Positions 37,701-48,459 of a stretch of 64,000 nt of DNA are shown in pieces. The notes beneath the pieces are model-generated. The model was given only the letters and a program-made list of their open reading frames with translations. It was not told where the DNA came from and searched no databases. The stretch covers positions 96,164,001-96,228,000 of the forward strand of contig NW_024704743.1 of assembly GCF_018977255.1 (NCBI RefSeq), written 5' to 3'. This DNA is from Callorhinchus milii. Its lineage: Eukaryota. Position numbers and translations under genes: made by a program. How positions within the stretch are numbered: position 1 is the first letter of the stretch; every line of letters begins with the position of its first letter.

Positions 37701-38030
37701 TAGGAGGACAGCAAAGGGAAGAAATCTAATCAATTAGATTTTGTTATTTCAACTGTGGGTGAAGTAATTTAGTATATTGTTGTGGTCACTGAGATGATAT
37801 GAATACTTTCTAAGTTGGTTGTAATTTTAATTTTTTTATTTATCTTCCTCTTGCAGATGCTTTATAGGGATGGAGACACTGACACAAACCACCCGTTCTC
37901 AGTGTTTGGACGATTTTGTCATGAGATTAAGCTGGACTATTCTCCTTATGTCAACTACTTCACTCGTGTTTATTGGAACAGATCCTATCATGTCTACAAA
38001 GTCAACACACTGATATCATTCCAGTATTGA
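1482..38030 (+). CDS. DPY19L4: DPY19L4, probable C-mannosyltransferase (multi-pass ER membrane protein); span of 18 spliced coding exons, presumed exons 2-19
   Basis: Exons join in frame with GT-AG sites and matching phases (2372 nt). The translation matches recalled vertebrate DPY19L4 throughout: [92 protein letters not shown]...ISFQY*. Confidence 0.96.
2694..2815 (+). CDS. DPY19L4: DPY19L4 exon 3
   Basis: ttgcag / gtaaga; [40 protein letters not shown]. Confidence 0.95.
3439..3755 (-). mobile_element. Full-length young tRNA-derived SINE inserted into an older + strand Deu-domain SINE
   Basis: A/B boxes, Deu-like GTGGGACATTGCTGTGCGCAATTGGCTGCC, L2-like tail ending (ATT)n; the host SINE continues on both sides (about 3100-3910). 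Confidence 0.9.
6056..6865 (-). mobile_element. 5'-truncated L2 LINE (ORF2 C-terminus, 3' UTR, (TTG)n tail) inside a Deu-domain SINE
   Basis: ORF 6279-6890 has [46 protein letters not shown], typical of the L2 clade. Confidence 0.92.
7217..7307 (+). CDS. DPY19L4: DPY19L4 exon 4
   Basis: ctttag / gtattt; [30 protein letters not shown]. Confidence 0.95.
8814..8935 (+). CDS. DPY19L4: DPY19L4 exon 5
   Basis: cattag / gtgcgt; [40 protein letters not shown]. Confidence 0.95.
10543..10688 (+). CDS. DPY19L4: DPY19L4 exon 6
   Basis: ttgcag / gtgaga; [48 protein letters not shown]. Confidence 0.96.
11827..11950 (+). CDS. DPY19L4: DPY19L4 exon 7
   Basis: ttttag / gtgagt; [41 protein letters not shown]. 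Confidence 0.96.
14146..14280 (+). CDS. DPY19L4: DPY19L4 exon 8
   Basis: ttctag / gtatgg; [45 protein letters not shown]. Confidence 0.95.
14444..14891. mobile_element. Non-autonomous pogo/Tigger-type (Tc1/mariner superfamily) DNA transposon (MITE)
   Basis: TA|CAGTGGAAGC ... GCTTCCACTG|TA; imperfect terminal inverted repeats of about 25 bp, TA duplication, no ORF. Confidence 0.8.
15770..17250. mobile_element. Old + strand L2 interrupted by a younger - strand L2 (about 16088-16867)
   Basis: Host reads ...ctggctcaac | ttcactggctcccc (LAQ-L-HWLP) across the insert; the insert has a (TTG)n tail and the [10 protein letters not shown] motif on the minus strand. Confidence 0.85.
17858..17989 (+). 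CDS. DPY19L4: DPY19L4 exon 9
   Basis: ttgcag / gtggct (weak donor); [44 protein letters not shown]. Confidence 0.92.
18043..18386 (-). mobile_element. tRNA-derived SINE, longer and older subfamily
   Basis: Same head and tail as the young family plus an internal CCTCTGTTTTACCTAGCAGTAAGTAGGAACC segment. Confidence 0.85.
18738..18839 (+). CDS. DPY19L4: DPY19L4 exon 10
   Basis: tgacag / gtaagt; [34 protein letters not shown]. Confidence 0.93.
19320..19393 (+). CDS. DPY19L4: DPY19L4 exon 11
   Basis: actcag / gtaatg; [24 protein letters not shown]. Confidence 0.92.
19921..20155. mobile_element. Palindromic Penelope-derived insert with a 14-bp target-site duplication
   Basis: Inverted arms about 19962-20026 and 20094-20156; TATTCACAGAAACA at 19907-19920 and 20156-20169; shares sequence with the 3' end of the Penelope element at 30.6 kb. 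Confidence 0.85.
20060..20097 (+). ncRNA. Minimal type I hammerhead ribozyme motif (Penelope-type)
   Basis: AGTT-CTGACGA-AGGTTCGTGGACCC-GAAAC-GTT-GACT: both core boxes are intact, with a short stem II, a self-complementary AACGTT and an AGUU/GACU stem I. Confidence 0.65.
20427..20585 (+). CDS. DPY19L4: DPY19L4 exon 12
   Basis: tgacag / gtatgt; [32 protein letters not shown]...VVFKKF. Confidence 0.94.
21220..22097 (+). mobile_element. Degenerate L2 LINE fragment with internal deletions
   Basis: Encodes [18 protein letters not shown] and [14 protein letters not shown]; 3' tail ...AAGGCGCTATACAAATG..(TTG)n. Confidence 0.9.
22284..22403 (+). CDS. DPY19L4: DPY19L4 exon 13
   Basis: ctgcag / gtgagt; [39 protein letters not shown]. 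Confidence 0.94.
24181..24198 (+). promoter_or_regulatory. CTCF-like binding motif
   Basis: GGCCAGCAGGTGGCACTG matches the CTCF core CCASYAGRKGGCRS exactly. Confidence 0.6.
24379..24499 (+). CDS. DPY19L4: DPY19L4 exon 14
   Basis: tcccag / gtgagt; [40 protein letters not shown]. Confidence 0.96.
25749..25805 (+). CDS. DPY19L4: DPY19L4 exon 15
   Basis: aactag / gtaagt; [19 protein letters not shown]. Confidence 0.93.
26510..26592 (+). CDS. DPY19L4: DPY19L4 exon 16
   Basis: tctcag / gtgagg; [27 protein letters not shown]. Confidence 0.95.
29480..29760 (-). mobile_element. Highly decayed CR1-type RT fragment
   Basis: Minus strand gives RGSVL and FADD remnants. Confidence 0.55.
30390..30522 (+). 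CDS. DPY19L4: DPY19L4 exon 17
   Basis: gtacag / gtgagc; [44 protein letters not shown]. Confidence 0.96.
30622..31985 (-). mobile_element. Decayed Penelope-like element (RT, GIY-YIG C-terminus, hammerhead-containing 3' repeat)
   Basis: Frameshifted minus-strand peptides [41 protein letters not shown] and [56 protein letters not shown] on the minus strand at about 30721-30746. Confidence 0.88.
33114..33272 (+). CDS. DPY19L4: DPY19L4 exon 18
   Basis: ctccag / gtgagt; [53 protein letters not shown]. Confidence 0.96.
34606..35990 (-). mobile_element. 5'-truncated L2 LINE with most of the RT domain
   Basis: ORF 34749-35993: [48 protein letters not shown]; frameshifted C-terminus; (TTG)n tail. 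Confidence 0.95.
37189..37344. mobile_element. Second palindromic Penelope-derived insert, hammerhead core mutated
   Basis: AAAATACTGCAGATGCTGGAAATCTG start; GAGTT-CTGCCAA-AAGGTCATCGACCT-GAAATGTT-AACTC; flanked by ACAAA(C/G)ATTCAGTT at 37175-37188 and 37345-37358. Confidence 0.8.
37857..38030 (+). CDS. DPY19L4: DPY19L4 exon 19 (last coding exon, TGA stop)
   Basis: ttgcag acceptor; [57 protein letters not shown]. Confidence 0.96.
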   Translation: MLYRDGDTDTNHPFSVFGRFCHEIKLDYSPYVNYFTRVYWNRSYHVYKVNTLISFQY

Positions 38031-38904
38031 CAAAGAAGAAAGACCCAAACATAATCTCCAGAATGGTGTTGCATATATTTAAACTGTGTTTGGGAAGCCA
38101 TGTCTCACTTTGTCTATGGACTATATTTTATAAAGCATCATGGCTTTTTAACTTATTTTTTTTTACAAATTTGCTTGTAAAGAAAACAGCTCACATCTTC
38201 TTCCCCCCCAGAGCTCCCAGAGCTGCAGAATATTTAGTTCCAGAATGAAGTTGAAGTAAAAAATTAATCCCAACTTCACTTCAGAGTTGTCAAGATTTTA
38301 AATAAATTCACAACTGGTTCATCTGTAGTGATTCCTGTGATAGTCTGTGTTGGTTTACAGCCATTCGGTTGCGCACAAGAATTTTGTTTTGGATAAATGT
38401 CAGACTGCAGTGTGCAAAATGTGGCTTCAAAGCCCTTCATAATTTGTGGGTGGGATTTGAGCAATATGTTCAGTCTGAATGCCCAATTTCTGCCCACAGA
38501 TCTATGAACTTTATAAGTCAGAATACACTTTTGGAAAAACGTTACGCAGTTGACTTCAGCTGTTCTCAGACAAACAAAGGAACAGACAGAGCTTTTATGC
38601 TCGGTCTTTGAGATCTGATTGAAAGTGGTATGAAGCATATAGTTAGGTAGTGATTTAGCTTTTTCATTTTCCAAAATTGCCGGCTGGCTAGGCTGAAAAG
38701 GGATTTGATTTTTTAAAAAAAAGTTTAAGCTCTGTCAGCTGTTTTACACACCTGTGCAATGTACCCCTGTTCAAAACTAACACCACTTTCATCTTGTTGT
38801 AAATATGGTACAGTCGGTGTGTTACTGATGAGTGAGTTTGTGCTGAATTACAAAATTGCTGGATATTAATTCTGCACCATGCTTTTTTTTCCATTTTAAA
38901 TTGT

Positions 38905-38910
38905 AATAAA
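38905..38910 (+). terminator. Candidate polyadenylation signal of DPY19L4 (3' UTR about 0.9 kb)
   Basis: AATAAA after an AT-rich, repeat-free stretch, followed by T/GT-rich sequence. Confidence 0.55.
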
Positions 38911-39682
38911 ACCTGTATTCTTAAACACCAATAGAACTTGTTAAATTGATCTTATTGTTTTCACAATTATTGTCGTTCTTTTTTTCTGCCGCCGTAATCC
39001 ATCTTCCATTGCATGAGTGTGAAAAGATACTTCACGTTATGTCCGACACCAGTGATCTCATAGAAAATCTGGCAAGAATCTCATGCTCACATACACTGAC
39101 TGGCTGCCTGGTGTGCATTTTTCAACTCAAAGATGTCCCTTTCAGTGGTCACATTAAAACTTGGCTCATGAGATGCACAGTAGGAGATTGTTATCCTTAG
39201 CCAGGCTTTGCTACAGCAGCAAAACTAGGAGAAGCCTGAGGGATTGGCCTGATTTATTTATCGCAACAGTAAGAGAAAGAACTTTCACCATAACAAGGCG
39301 TTCTAAACTGAAACATCTCAAAGTGCTTAATTGGTGACCGTAAGCAAATGCAGCACCTATTTGGATAAGAAAGATCTCACAAACAGCGATGAGATGAATG
39401 ACTAAATCTCGAGAATTGTTACCCAGATTAATTTAAGGTAATGCCTTTATTGGTGTGGAGATTAAAGACCTGGGAAAATTAATATTAGAGCTAAAGCAAG
39501 TTTTCTATAAAAGATAAATGGAAGGTATGTCCCAGATATTTGAAAATTCAGAATGGTAAAGGGTTTTCACTGCATCTGTTAAGTTTAAGTTTAACCTGAT
39601 TTAGAAGAGATTCTTTAAACAAAAGCATTTATTGGATGGATGCTGCACAGTGTAGATCAGGTAACACACTGGGTTTTGACAT

Positions 39683-40018
39683 TAATAATAATAATCCTTG
39701 CATTTGATATAGCACCTTATCATGTCTGAGGCATCTCAAAACGTCTCTTGTGGGTGAAATGCGGCAGCCAATTGCACACAGTGTCCCACAAACAGTCGTG
39801 GATTAAACAAAGAATTTTTAAAAATTTATTTTCGAAGGAATTATTACCCCCGGAAAAGTGATCTGCCAATCGACTAACAACTGGGTTCCTACTTACTGCT
39901 AGGTAAACAGAGGTGTGTGGAGTAAGGAAACTTCCTTACGTTTCGCCCTGCCTGAGTATCAAATCCAGGTACTCTCGCTTGTGAGACGAGTGCTCTAACC
40001 AAAACGCTACAGGACTCC
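39683..40018 (-). mobile_element. tRNA-derived SINE, longer subfamily
   Basis: GGAGTCCTGTAGC head, CACCTCTGTTTACCTAGCAGTAAGTAGGAACCCAG body, L2-like (ATT)n tail. Confidence 0.85.
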
Positions 40019-43000
40019 ACAAGACACAACGATGGGGTAGGGGGGAGAAATTGGAAAAGACTAAAATGGTGGTGGGGAGGAGAGTGGATAGAAGCCTGCA
40101 GCATAAATATTACTTTTAATAAATAATTTTGTGTCAGGACATCACAAAGTGCTTCAAAGGATATACTATAAACTGTAAGCAAAGGTTTGAACCAATTTCA
40201 CACAGCAGGTTCCACAAACAGCCCAATGACCAATTTTACTTGTGGCCTTGTTGGCCAGGATACTGGGAGAAACTCCCTTCTTGAATAATAATAATTTGAT
40301 TATTATTGTATTGGATATAGTGCCTTCCACATCATGAACATGTTTCAGGACAGCAGGAGAAAAACCTTTCTCTTCGTACAGCATCATGAGATCTTTAATG
40401 TCAACCTGATCAGGCAGATTGGACCTTGTCTTAATGTCTCCCCCCTGCTCAGGTCCCGACCCAACTGTCCAGCGCCTTGGGACGTCCTCCCGACATGAAA
40501 GGCGCTCTATAAATGAAATCTTGTTGTTGTTGTAAACAGGCATCTGGAGTAAGGAAACTTGCCTAAGGTTTTGTCCCGCCCGGGAAACAAACCTGGATCC
40601 TCTTACAAGCTGAGTTCTCAAAACACTAAGCTACTGGACTCCACAACAATAAATAGGATTTAACTGCTGCGTACAACTTGTCTGCCTTGTTTGCCCACAA
40701 AACACACAGTCTGTCCACTTTACACCGTATCCTATGAAGCACTTTGGATGTCCTCCTCACATGAAAGGCGCTATACCAAATGTAATGATGATTATTTGTA
40801 TCTAGAATCTTTCATTTAAGGAATTGGTTAGAAACTTCAGACTTTTCTAGAAAGTATAGCCTTCACAGAGAAGTTGGTCAGAGTCCTTGACTGAATAAAT
40901 CCTAAATGGTATTTAGAATATGCTAGTTCAAAGAAACGCATTGACTTTCTTTTTATTATTATTCAATTTTATTGCTTCCTTACAAATAATGTACGAGAAT
41001 ATTGATGTATGTACGTGTTGCCTTTTATACCACTGTACGATTTGTGTGGATACCATGATTCACATACCTTTGTTCTACAGACTGCAGACTGGGTAGAATG
41101 TATTTGTCACATCGGTCCACGTATTATATTTATCTTGGTTATTATCACTATTAAATATTTGATAGCACTCGTTCCTGACATACCGAGCAACTGTTCAGTT
41201 AAGTGGTTAGACCAACAACATGATTGCTATTCCACATTGCAAAGCAGCACTAAAACTCAAGATCTGTTCTATTCAATAGATCTTATTCAGGAATGATTAT
41301 ATGGTTATATAAATCTTGTTAATTACTGCATGTTTCCTCATCTTACATTCCATGATTTCAAATACCAGCAGGAAATACCTTTTGTTCAATAAATGTTTCA
41401 ATGTCATCCTTTTTGCCGTGTCCAGAACTGAAATTTTGCTTTAAAATACTGCTATTTTGAATTCTAATCATGCTCCTTAAGAAAGTAGAACATAGATTCT
41501 CCCCTTCTTGACTTGGAAGATAAATGCATTATGTAGTGTGGTTCTGAGCCTCACAGCTACAAAATGTTTTGGATTTGGTCTATTGAGTTAGCTGAGCACA
41601 GACTGGATGGCAATAGGTTTGATATATTTGACCTCTACCTTCAAAAACTAGGAAGGATAGCAATATTATGGATTCTGTGATCCATTTCAACAAGTGCGCT
41701 GATGAAATCCAAATCTACCCTCTATTCCAGGACCACTGCTGTTCTGACTGATTGTCAGACACAAAGTCCTGGATGAATTCCAACTTCCTTCAGTTGAATG
41801 TCAACAAGACAGAATCTCCTGTGTGCCTCTCACCTTCTCATCTCACATATCTGGTGCAGAACCTCTGTATCTGGTTCAACCCCCACCCCATTGTCTTTTA
41901 AGCCTTATGTCCAGGTTCTCACTTGTTCAGCTTTCCCTCATTTCTGCAACATCGGCCATTTCTACCATTACCTCTGCCCTGATTACCGGACTCCCCACCT
42001 CCTTCCTAAACCAGCTATGAGACATCCACAATTCTGCAATCCCTACCTCTGTGACCTACTTAAACACTACTGACCAAACCCTCGACTGTCCAGTATCTTG
42101 GGCATCCTCCCGATGTGAAAGGTGCTATATAAATGCAATCTGTTGTTGTCTTACAAATTTATATCAGAGAAGGACTATCTTATAAATGATCATCAGTGTT
42201 TCAATTCCGAGTCATTAGTTTTGCATGTAATTAATGACAGGAAAAGATTACTAGGAAAGGTTGGGTGAGACAAGGAAAACTTGACTCATTTAAAAAAACA
42301 GCTTGATGCTGTGATGGGAGGATGGGTATTCTGGAAAGATGAGATAAGATGAGCTGAAAGGACTTCTCTTGTGAGCTTGTGATTTCTCCCTCTATATCCA
42401 AAGTTTGTTACATTTGACGAGTTCCAATACTGTATACAATGGAACAGGATCATAAGTGGCCAAGCTTTTCTCATAGTATGACATTATTTTTCAAAAAGCC
42501 TAAAGGTGATCATGTCCTGAAATGGCTTTGAAGCTGCTTGTCTGAGAGACATGGGAGAGTATGTATCACTGTAATCCTTACACCGTTCACACAAATGCTG
42601 TTACACAAATAAAGGTTATGGAAAATCAGAACTCTGCTGAGACCCATTTATTTTTCCAGAGCAAATTTGAAATTCTAAAATCCTCCTTCGGGTATTGCCT
42701 TTGAAGTGTATACCTCAAATAAAGGATGCTGAATATAACAGGTTATTTAACTGACATTGGATGTCACGGTTTTCTCTGATTCAGTTTACTCTGAAAACAG
42801 CGTAAAGATTATTTAATTCTGGATTGAATGAACTACTAATATTTAGTGTCCCTCTCTATTATTGTCTCTCTCTATTACTGTCCCTTTCCGTTGCTGTCCA
42901 TGTTTTACCTTTGGTGCCGTTTCCCAGGGGTATATCTGCAGGCACACAATCACAGAAAAAGGGCCAGTTTTATTGGCTGCAACAATATCTGTTTGCTAGG

Positions 43001-43720
43001 TAATGTATTAATGCACATTATTATGAACAGTAATAATCATTACGTTTGATATAATGCATTTCATGTTCAGAGGATGTCTCAAAACATTTGACAGAATACA
43101 ATGTAAAATGTAGTGAGCATGTATTTTGTGGGTGTGCATGATGCTTTAATTATGGTGCTTCATAAAGCTATGCTTCGTATATTATCACATTATTATAGAT
43201 GTGGGGGGTCTGGAAGTCCGTCTGTTGTTAATCAGTCTAGAAATATTTGTTTTTAAAAGATAATTGTATACATGGTCTGCTTTGATTAATGGGGAAAGGA
43301 TTGTAAATATTTAAATATATCATTTTTTTATTTATGTGTGCATGTTTTGCATTATATATTATATAGGGCGGGAGGCATTTACTACAAAATAGACAGTAAC
43401 TACATTCTACAGTAAATCCTGCAAAGAACTTTAAGGCATTTTGATGATGTTATATGATGCTATATCAAATGCAAGGATTATGTTATATATATAAAATGAT
43501 AACCATGTAATGTACCAGCTCTGATAAATTTCAGTGTGCTTGTTCAGCTGTGAGCACCCTACCCATTAAAGCTTTGGCTTGCAGAGTTGAAGATATGGCT
43601 GCATCTCAAAGTCTCATTGATAAGGCAGACAGGCAGATCGACCCTTAACAATGCCTTGGATTACTCGCAGAGCTGCCTGCTCTGCCAGACAAGTCTCATT
43701 GGAACCAATTCAACCCTTGT

Positions 43721-44885
43721 GAATCATAGAATTATACAGCACAGAAGGAGGCCATTCGGCCCATTGTGTCTGTGTCGCTCTTTGAAAAGAGCTATCCAAT
43801 TCAATCCCACTCCCCCGCTCTCTCCCCATAGCCCTGCAAACTTGTCCTCCCCAAATAATTATCTACTTCTCTCTTAAAAGTGGTTATCGAATCGGCTTCC
43901 ACCACCCTTTCAGGCAATGTATTCCAGATCCGAACAAATCACTGTGTGAAAACATTTCTCCTCACCTCCCCTCTATTCTTTTAACAACTATTTTAAATCA
44001 GTGTCCTCGGGTTACCAACCCACCCGCCAGTGGAAATAGTTTCTCCTTGTTCACCCTATCAAATCCCCTCATAATTTTGAAAACTTATTTTAAGTCTCCT
44101 CTTAACCTTCTCTGCTCCAAGGAGAATAATCCTAGCTTCTCTAGCCTCTCCTGATAACTGAAGTCCCTCATTCCTGGTACCATCCTGGTGTTAGAATTTA
44201 TATCTTTTGTATAATGTTAAAATCATAAGTAGATGTTGCGAACGGATTAACTTCTAGATTAAGTATGAGATAACCGGACACCCCGACGGGAACTCATGGG
44301 CAGGACTGAAACCGTGAGTGTCTCAAGGACAGTATTTGTGCTGCTTGCACGTACGCTCAAGATTACGTGAGTGTCTCAAGGACAGTATTTGTGCTGCTTG
44401 CACGTACGCTCAAGATTACGTGAGTGTCTCAAGGACAATGTGGGTGCTGCTGTTCACGTGAACCCAGTGTGATTTGTGCCAGGTGATCTAATGTCTGCAC
44501 CATGATTGGAAAGACGCAAGCTTAATACGCCGTGCCAGACCAAGATCGGGGCGCCCAGGACAATACCTATCGTGGATGGAAGACTGAGAACTAGAAGACA
44601 GAAGTAGACGACCACGAGGAGGGACTGCTACACGATAGTATTGTTCTGTTAGTGAATCGATTGATTGTGTTTACTTGCCCACGCCCATCGGGAACTTGGA
44701 CGGACCCTTGAGTTTACTAAACATCACTCTGGTTGCAAACAGTAGCTGTGTTTGATTGAAACTCGCATTCTTCAGTTTTCTAACACTGGTAAATCTCCTT
44801 TGCACCCTCTCCAATGCCTTGACATCCTTCCTAAAGTGCGGGGTCCAGAACCGGACACAGTACTCTAGCTGAGGCCTAACCAGGG
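43721..44885 (-). mobile_element. CR1 LINE 3' fragment interrupted by a solo LTR
   Basis: Minus-strand end ...GGGCCGAATGGCCTCCTTCTGTGCTGTATAATTCTATGATTC (CR1-type ATTCTRTG tail); LERVQRRFTR-like C-terminal ORF2 sequence continues across the insert. Confidence 0.88.
44189..44785. mobile_element. Solo LTR (597 bp)
   Basis: TGTTAGAA...TTCTAACA termini; CTGG duplicated at 44185-44188 and 44786-44789; internal 53-bp tandem repeat. Confidence 0.88.
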
Positions 44886-46724
44886 TAAATTATGGGGTAA
44901 ATTCCACTCACCTTAGAAGATACATTTTAGAAACAATACCTGTTTAATAGACTTTATATAAAGGGTGAATAGATTCAGTTTGATTCGAATACTGAACTTT
45001 TTGGATTTACATCAGATTTCTAAATTAAATGCAACTGGCCTATTTGCAGAAATTATTAGGATATTCATTTAGCGGTTCTTCAGAAACAGCATTATTCCTG
45101 AATATCTTTGCACCTTCGTTATTTGGGGTTATGTATTTTTTAAGAATAAATGTTCACGGAACATAGATTATGTTGAATATACTGTACTGTATTTTATTCG
45201 TTGCTAATAGATCTGACTGCTGGAATGGAGTGTGATGGCTGTATTGTAGGTGACCTGGTGGCACCTGAACTGCAACAGGAACATCATATAGTATCTCAAT
45301 AAACAAACACGTTAGGTTAACTCACGTTAGGTTAACTCCTCAAGGTTATACAATAGGTAAATGTCATTTTAGCACATTAACAGCATCTTAAACCCATTGT
45401 TGCAAAAACTCAAATCCAAATCTTGAATGGCAAGAAAATTCCTCACAGATACCTGGTGTATTAGTGTGGATTGAGGCACTGGTTCAATCCTGAGATTCTG
45501 GTGAGGTTCATAACTAATCAAGCTTTGCTCTTGTGATTTATGCAATTCTCTGATCTCCTCAATAGGATTACTGTCTTAAATTTACTTACCATTATCCACT
45601 TCAACAGAAAGGAAGCACTGACTTGGTCTTTACGTGATATCTGAGGTATCCTGTAAAGGCATCCCAGCCCCGGCTGTCTCTGGAGGCTACACCGCCACTG
45701 CAATACAATAGTTTTTCCTTCTCATCTATAACTCAAAACTAATTGGAAATCCATCGGGGGGGGAGGGAGGGGGGGAGGGAAAGGTCATTATAAAATTCTC
45801 TGTACAATATTTTTAAAAGTTTTCGACGTGATTGCCTTTATTTATACTGTTGAGTTCTCGCTCCGACACCAGAGCGTGTGGTTGGGAAGCCCTCGGGAAT
45901 TGAGCATAAGTTTGCTTTTGCTTTCAGATTTTTATTTAAGTGAAAAAATTGACCCTCGGATCAACATCAGATCGCTGTTAATCCTCCTCTCCACACTCAC
46001 ACTCACACACACACACACACACACAAAAGCACACACACATTTGAGCTGAACTAACGTGCAACGCAAGATGCTGAGAATCCCAAACTCGTTAAAAAAAACA
46101 ATATTTCCAACCCCTGGTGAAGCTTTCTTTTCAACTCAATAGGTGCCTGGTTCACTTTTGCACACACACACACACTATTTCCAGGCAGGGTCTGTAGGAT
46201 ATCAGGAAATCTCTCAGAGCAAAGTACCTGACTGCTCTGTCTGCTGCTCTATCCCATTGAGATTCAGTGCTGCAGAGAAAGGGGTGAACTGTTTCGTGCC
46301 ACAGAATCGCACTGATGCAGCATTTTAAGCAGACAGACAGACACAGACACAGACAGACACAGACAGACAGACTGACTGAGTAACGAGGAAAAGTGTGAGT
46401 GTGCAGAGAGCGCTGAACTGACAGCGTCTGTCCTAACAGCGATATTTCCTGACAGTTGTGTGTTATTGTGCCCACAGCTCTCCAGCGATGTTGTTTTATT
46501 CAGAAGGCAAATTTGCAACTGAAACATATAAATAAAACAAGAATTAGTTTTCAGCGAGTGGATTTCACTTCTGCAACACTCCCAACAGTGCATGCATCGC
46601 GGAGACACAGTCTGTCTGACTTGTCTGTCTGTCTGTCTGTCTCTGCGGAGAATGTACTGCACATCCGAGCATCGTGTCTGCGGCTCTCGCGTGCGATGTC
46701 ATCGTTATAAAGTGAAGCGCAATC

Positions 46725-46756
<32 letters not shown>

Positions 46757-47092
46757 CTCTGCAGCGGCCAAACCTGTGGTTGCAAACACAACTCGTTTCA
46801 TCTTTGCTTCTGCAACACTATAATGGGGGGGGGGGGGTGGAGGGAGAAACAACGAGGGGTTTGAGACGAGACCAGCGTTATTCCTGGAATACTTGTCAAA
46901 CTTTGATCTGCGTTGTGACATGGCGCACAGGGTGTGCTGAGCCGCTGTGTGCCGGCGGGGCTGGTCCGGCTGCTGGTGGGGATGATTGATCGCTCACTCC
47001 GGCAGTACTCTCTCTGCCCGCACTGCAACAGTGCAAATGGGAGACACTCTCTCTGCCCAACACGGTTTGTGTCCACAGATCATGTCTGCGCT

Positions 47093-47405
47093 CTGCTCCT
47101 GCTTGTGATCCTGCTGCTCCTCTTGCTCCTGCTACTCCTGCTGCTCCTGCTCCTGCTGCTCTTGCTCCTGCTACTCCTGCTGCTCCTGCTCTTGCTCCTG
47201 CTACTCCTGATCCTGTTGCTCCTGCTCTTGCTCCTGCTACTCCTGATCCTGCTGCTCCTGCTCTTGCTCCTGCTACTCCTGATCCTGCTGCTCCTGCTCT
47301 TGCTACTCCTGCTCCTGCTACTCCTGCTGCTCCTGCTACTCCTGCTGCTCCTGCTCTTGCTCCTGCTGCTCCTGCTCTTGCTCCTGCTACTCCTGCTCCT
47401 GCTCC
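47093..47405. repeat. Cryptic trinucleotide-based tandem repeat built from CCT/GCT/ACT/CTT units
   Basis: Visible directly; it produces the poly-Leu, Gly-Ala and Ser-Arg ORFs in the track. Confidence 0.95.
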
Positions 47406-48459
47406 GGGCCACCTTGGGCACTGTAAGCACAATAATAACCATTCACCAAGATTACAGGGTTATGGAACTATAATTCACATTGACAGAGTTGCTTTCTTTG
47501 CTGTTATCTTTTGCCCCCAACGGGCGGAATAATAAAACTAAAACTAATTGCATCACTTAGAGCGTTTGCTGCAATTTAGGGGGGGATCAATCAGATCGCA
47601 TTAAGTTTGATTCATATCACATTCAGTTTGTTCCGGTTCCCACTAAGACTTTAGAAATAATACAACGACGATATATATATATATATATATATATATTAAA
47701 CCGGGCTATCAAAAACTATTTCCATGACTACACGTGTCTGTAGGGCCAGTGATGAGATGACAAGAACTATGTAGCTTGTGGCTCCACCTGAGGCTGAGAG
47801 ACCCAGGTCGGAGATCAGCAACTATCCTCGAGCTGTGGATAAGCAACTCTGCTGTCCCTCTAGATCAGCTATTCTTTTTTTTGGGGGGGGTAGATGGGTG
47901 TCTGACACATGCAAAAACCTATCACTGTGCATAAGAGTATCCGAACCAAGATGAGATTTCCATTTCCTACACATGGAAATTCCAGAGATTGAGTGTAGGA
48001 AGAGAATGCGCACTCTCTCCCTGGACGGACGCATCCTCTTACCTAATTCCAGAATGTATTAGGTGCAGGTTGGCAAGAGCCAAGGCTTGGGGACCCCAGA
48101 GTGTGACTTGGGGTACGGCTGGAGTCTAACCAACTAAAGCCTCATAGCTTGCCATTGATATAGCTGCTCCGCTGCTTGTCCATCTAGGATCACGCTACCC
48201 GTTGGGGTTGGTTTGCAGAGTTGACAGGATCTGAGTGGGATGACTCTCTGCCCCCAGTGACTGGTTTGCCCTTCCAGGTCCTGCCGATGAGCCAGGCTGG
48301 CAGTGCTGCCCCGAGACACTGCTCAGGAGCCAGACTACCAAGACCGCCACAGATAGCTGGTTCAATTCCGACATTACATTGGCAAGTGTCACCTTGAAGC
48401 CAGTTCAGCTCCAAGGAGATCCCATTTACACTTACACTTTGCTCTCTCTCGGTCAGCAA

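Noticed and set aside
44313..44437. CRISPR-like direct repeats
   Set aside because: Head-to-tail 53-bp units with no unique spacers, inside a eukaryotic LTR, and no cas genes
46565..46921. Minus-strand 118-aa ORF with a good Kozak context (GCGCCATG)
   Set aside because: Runs through poly-C, (GA)n and (GACA)n tracts and has no recognisable homology
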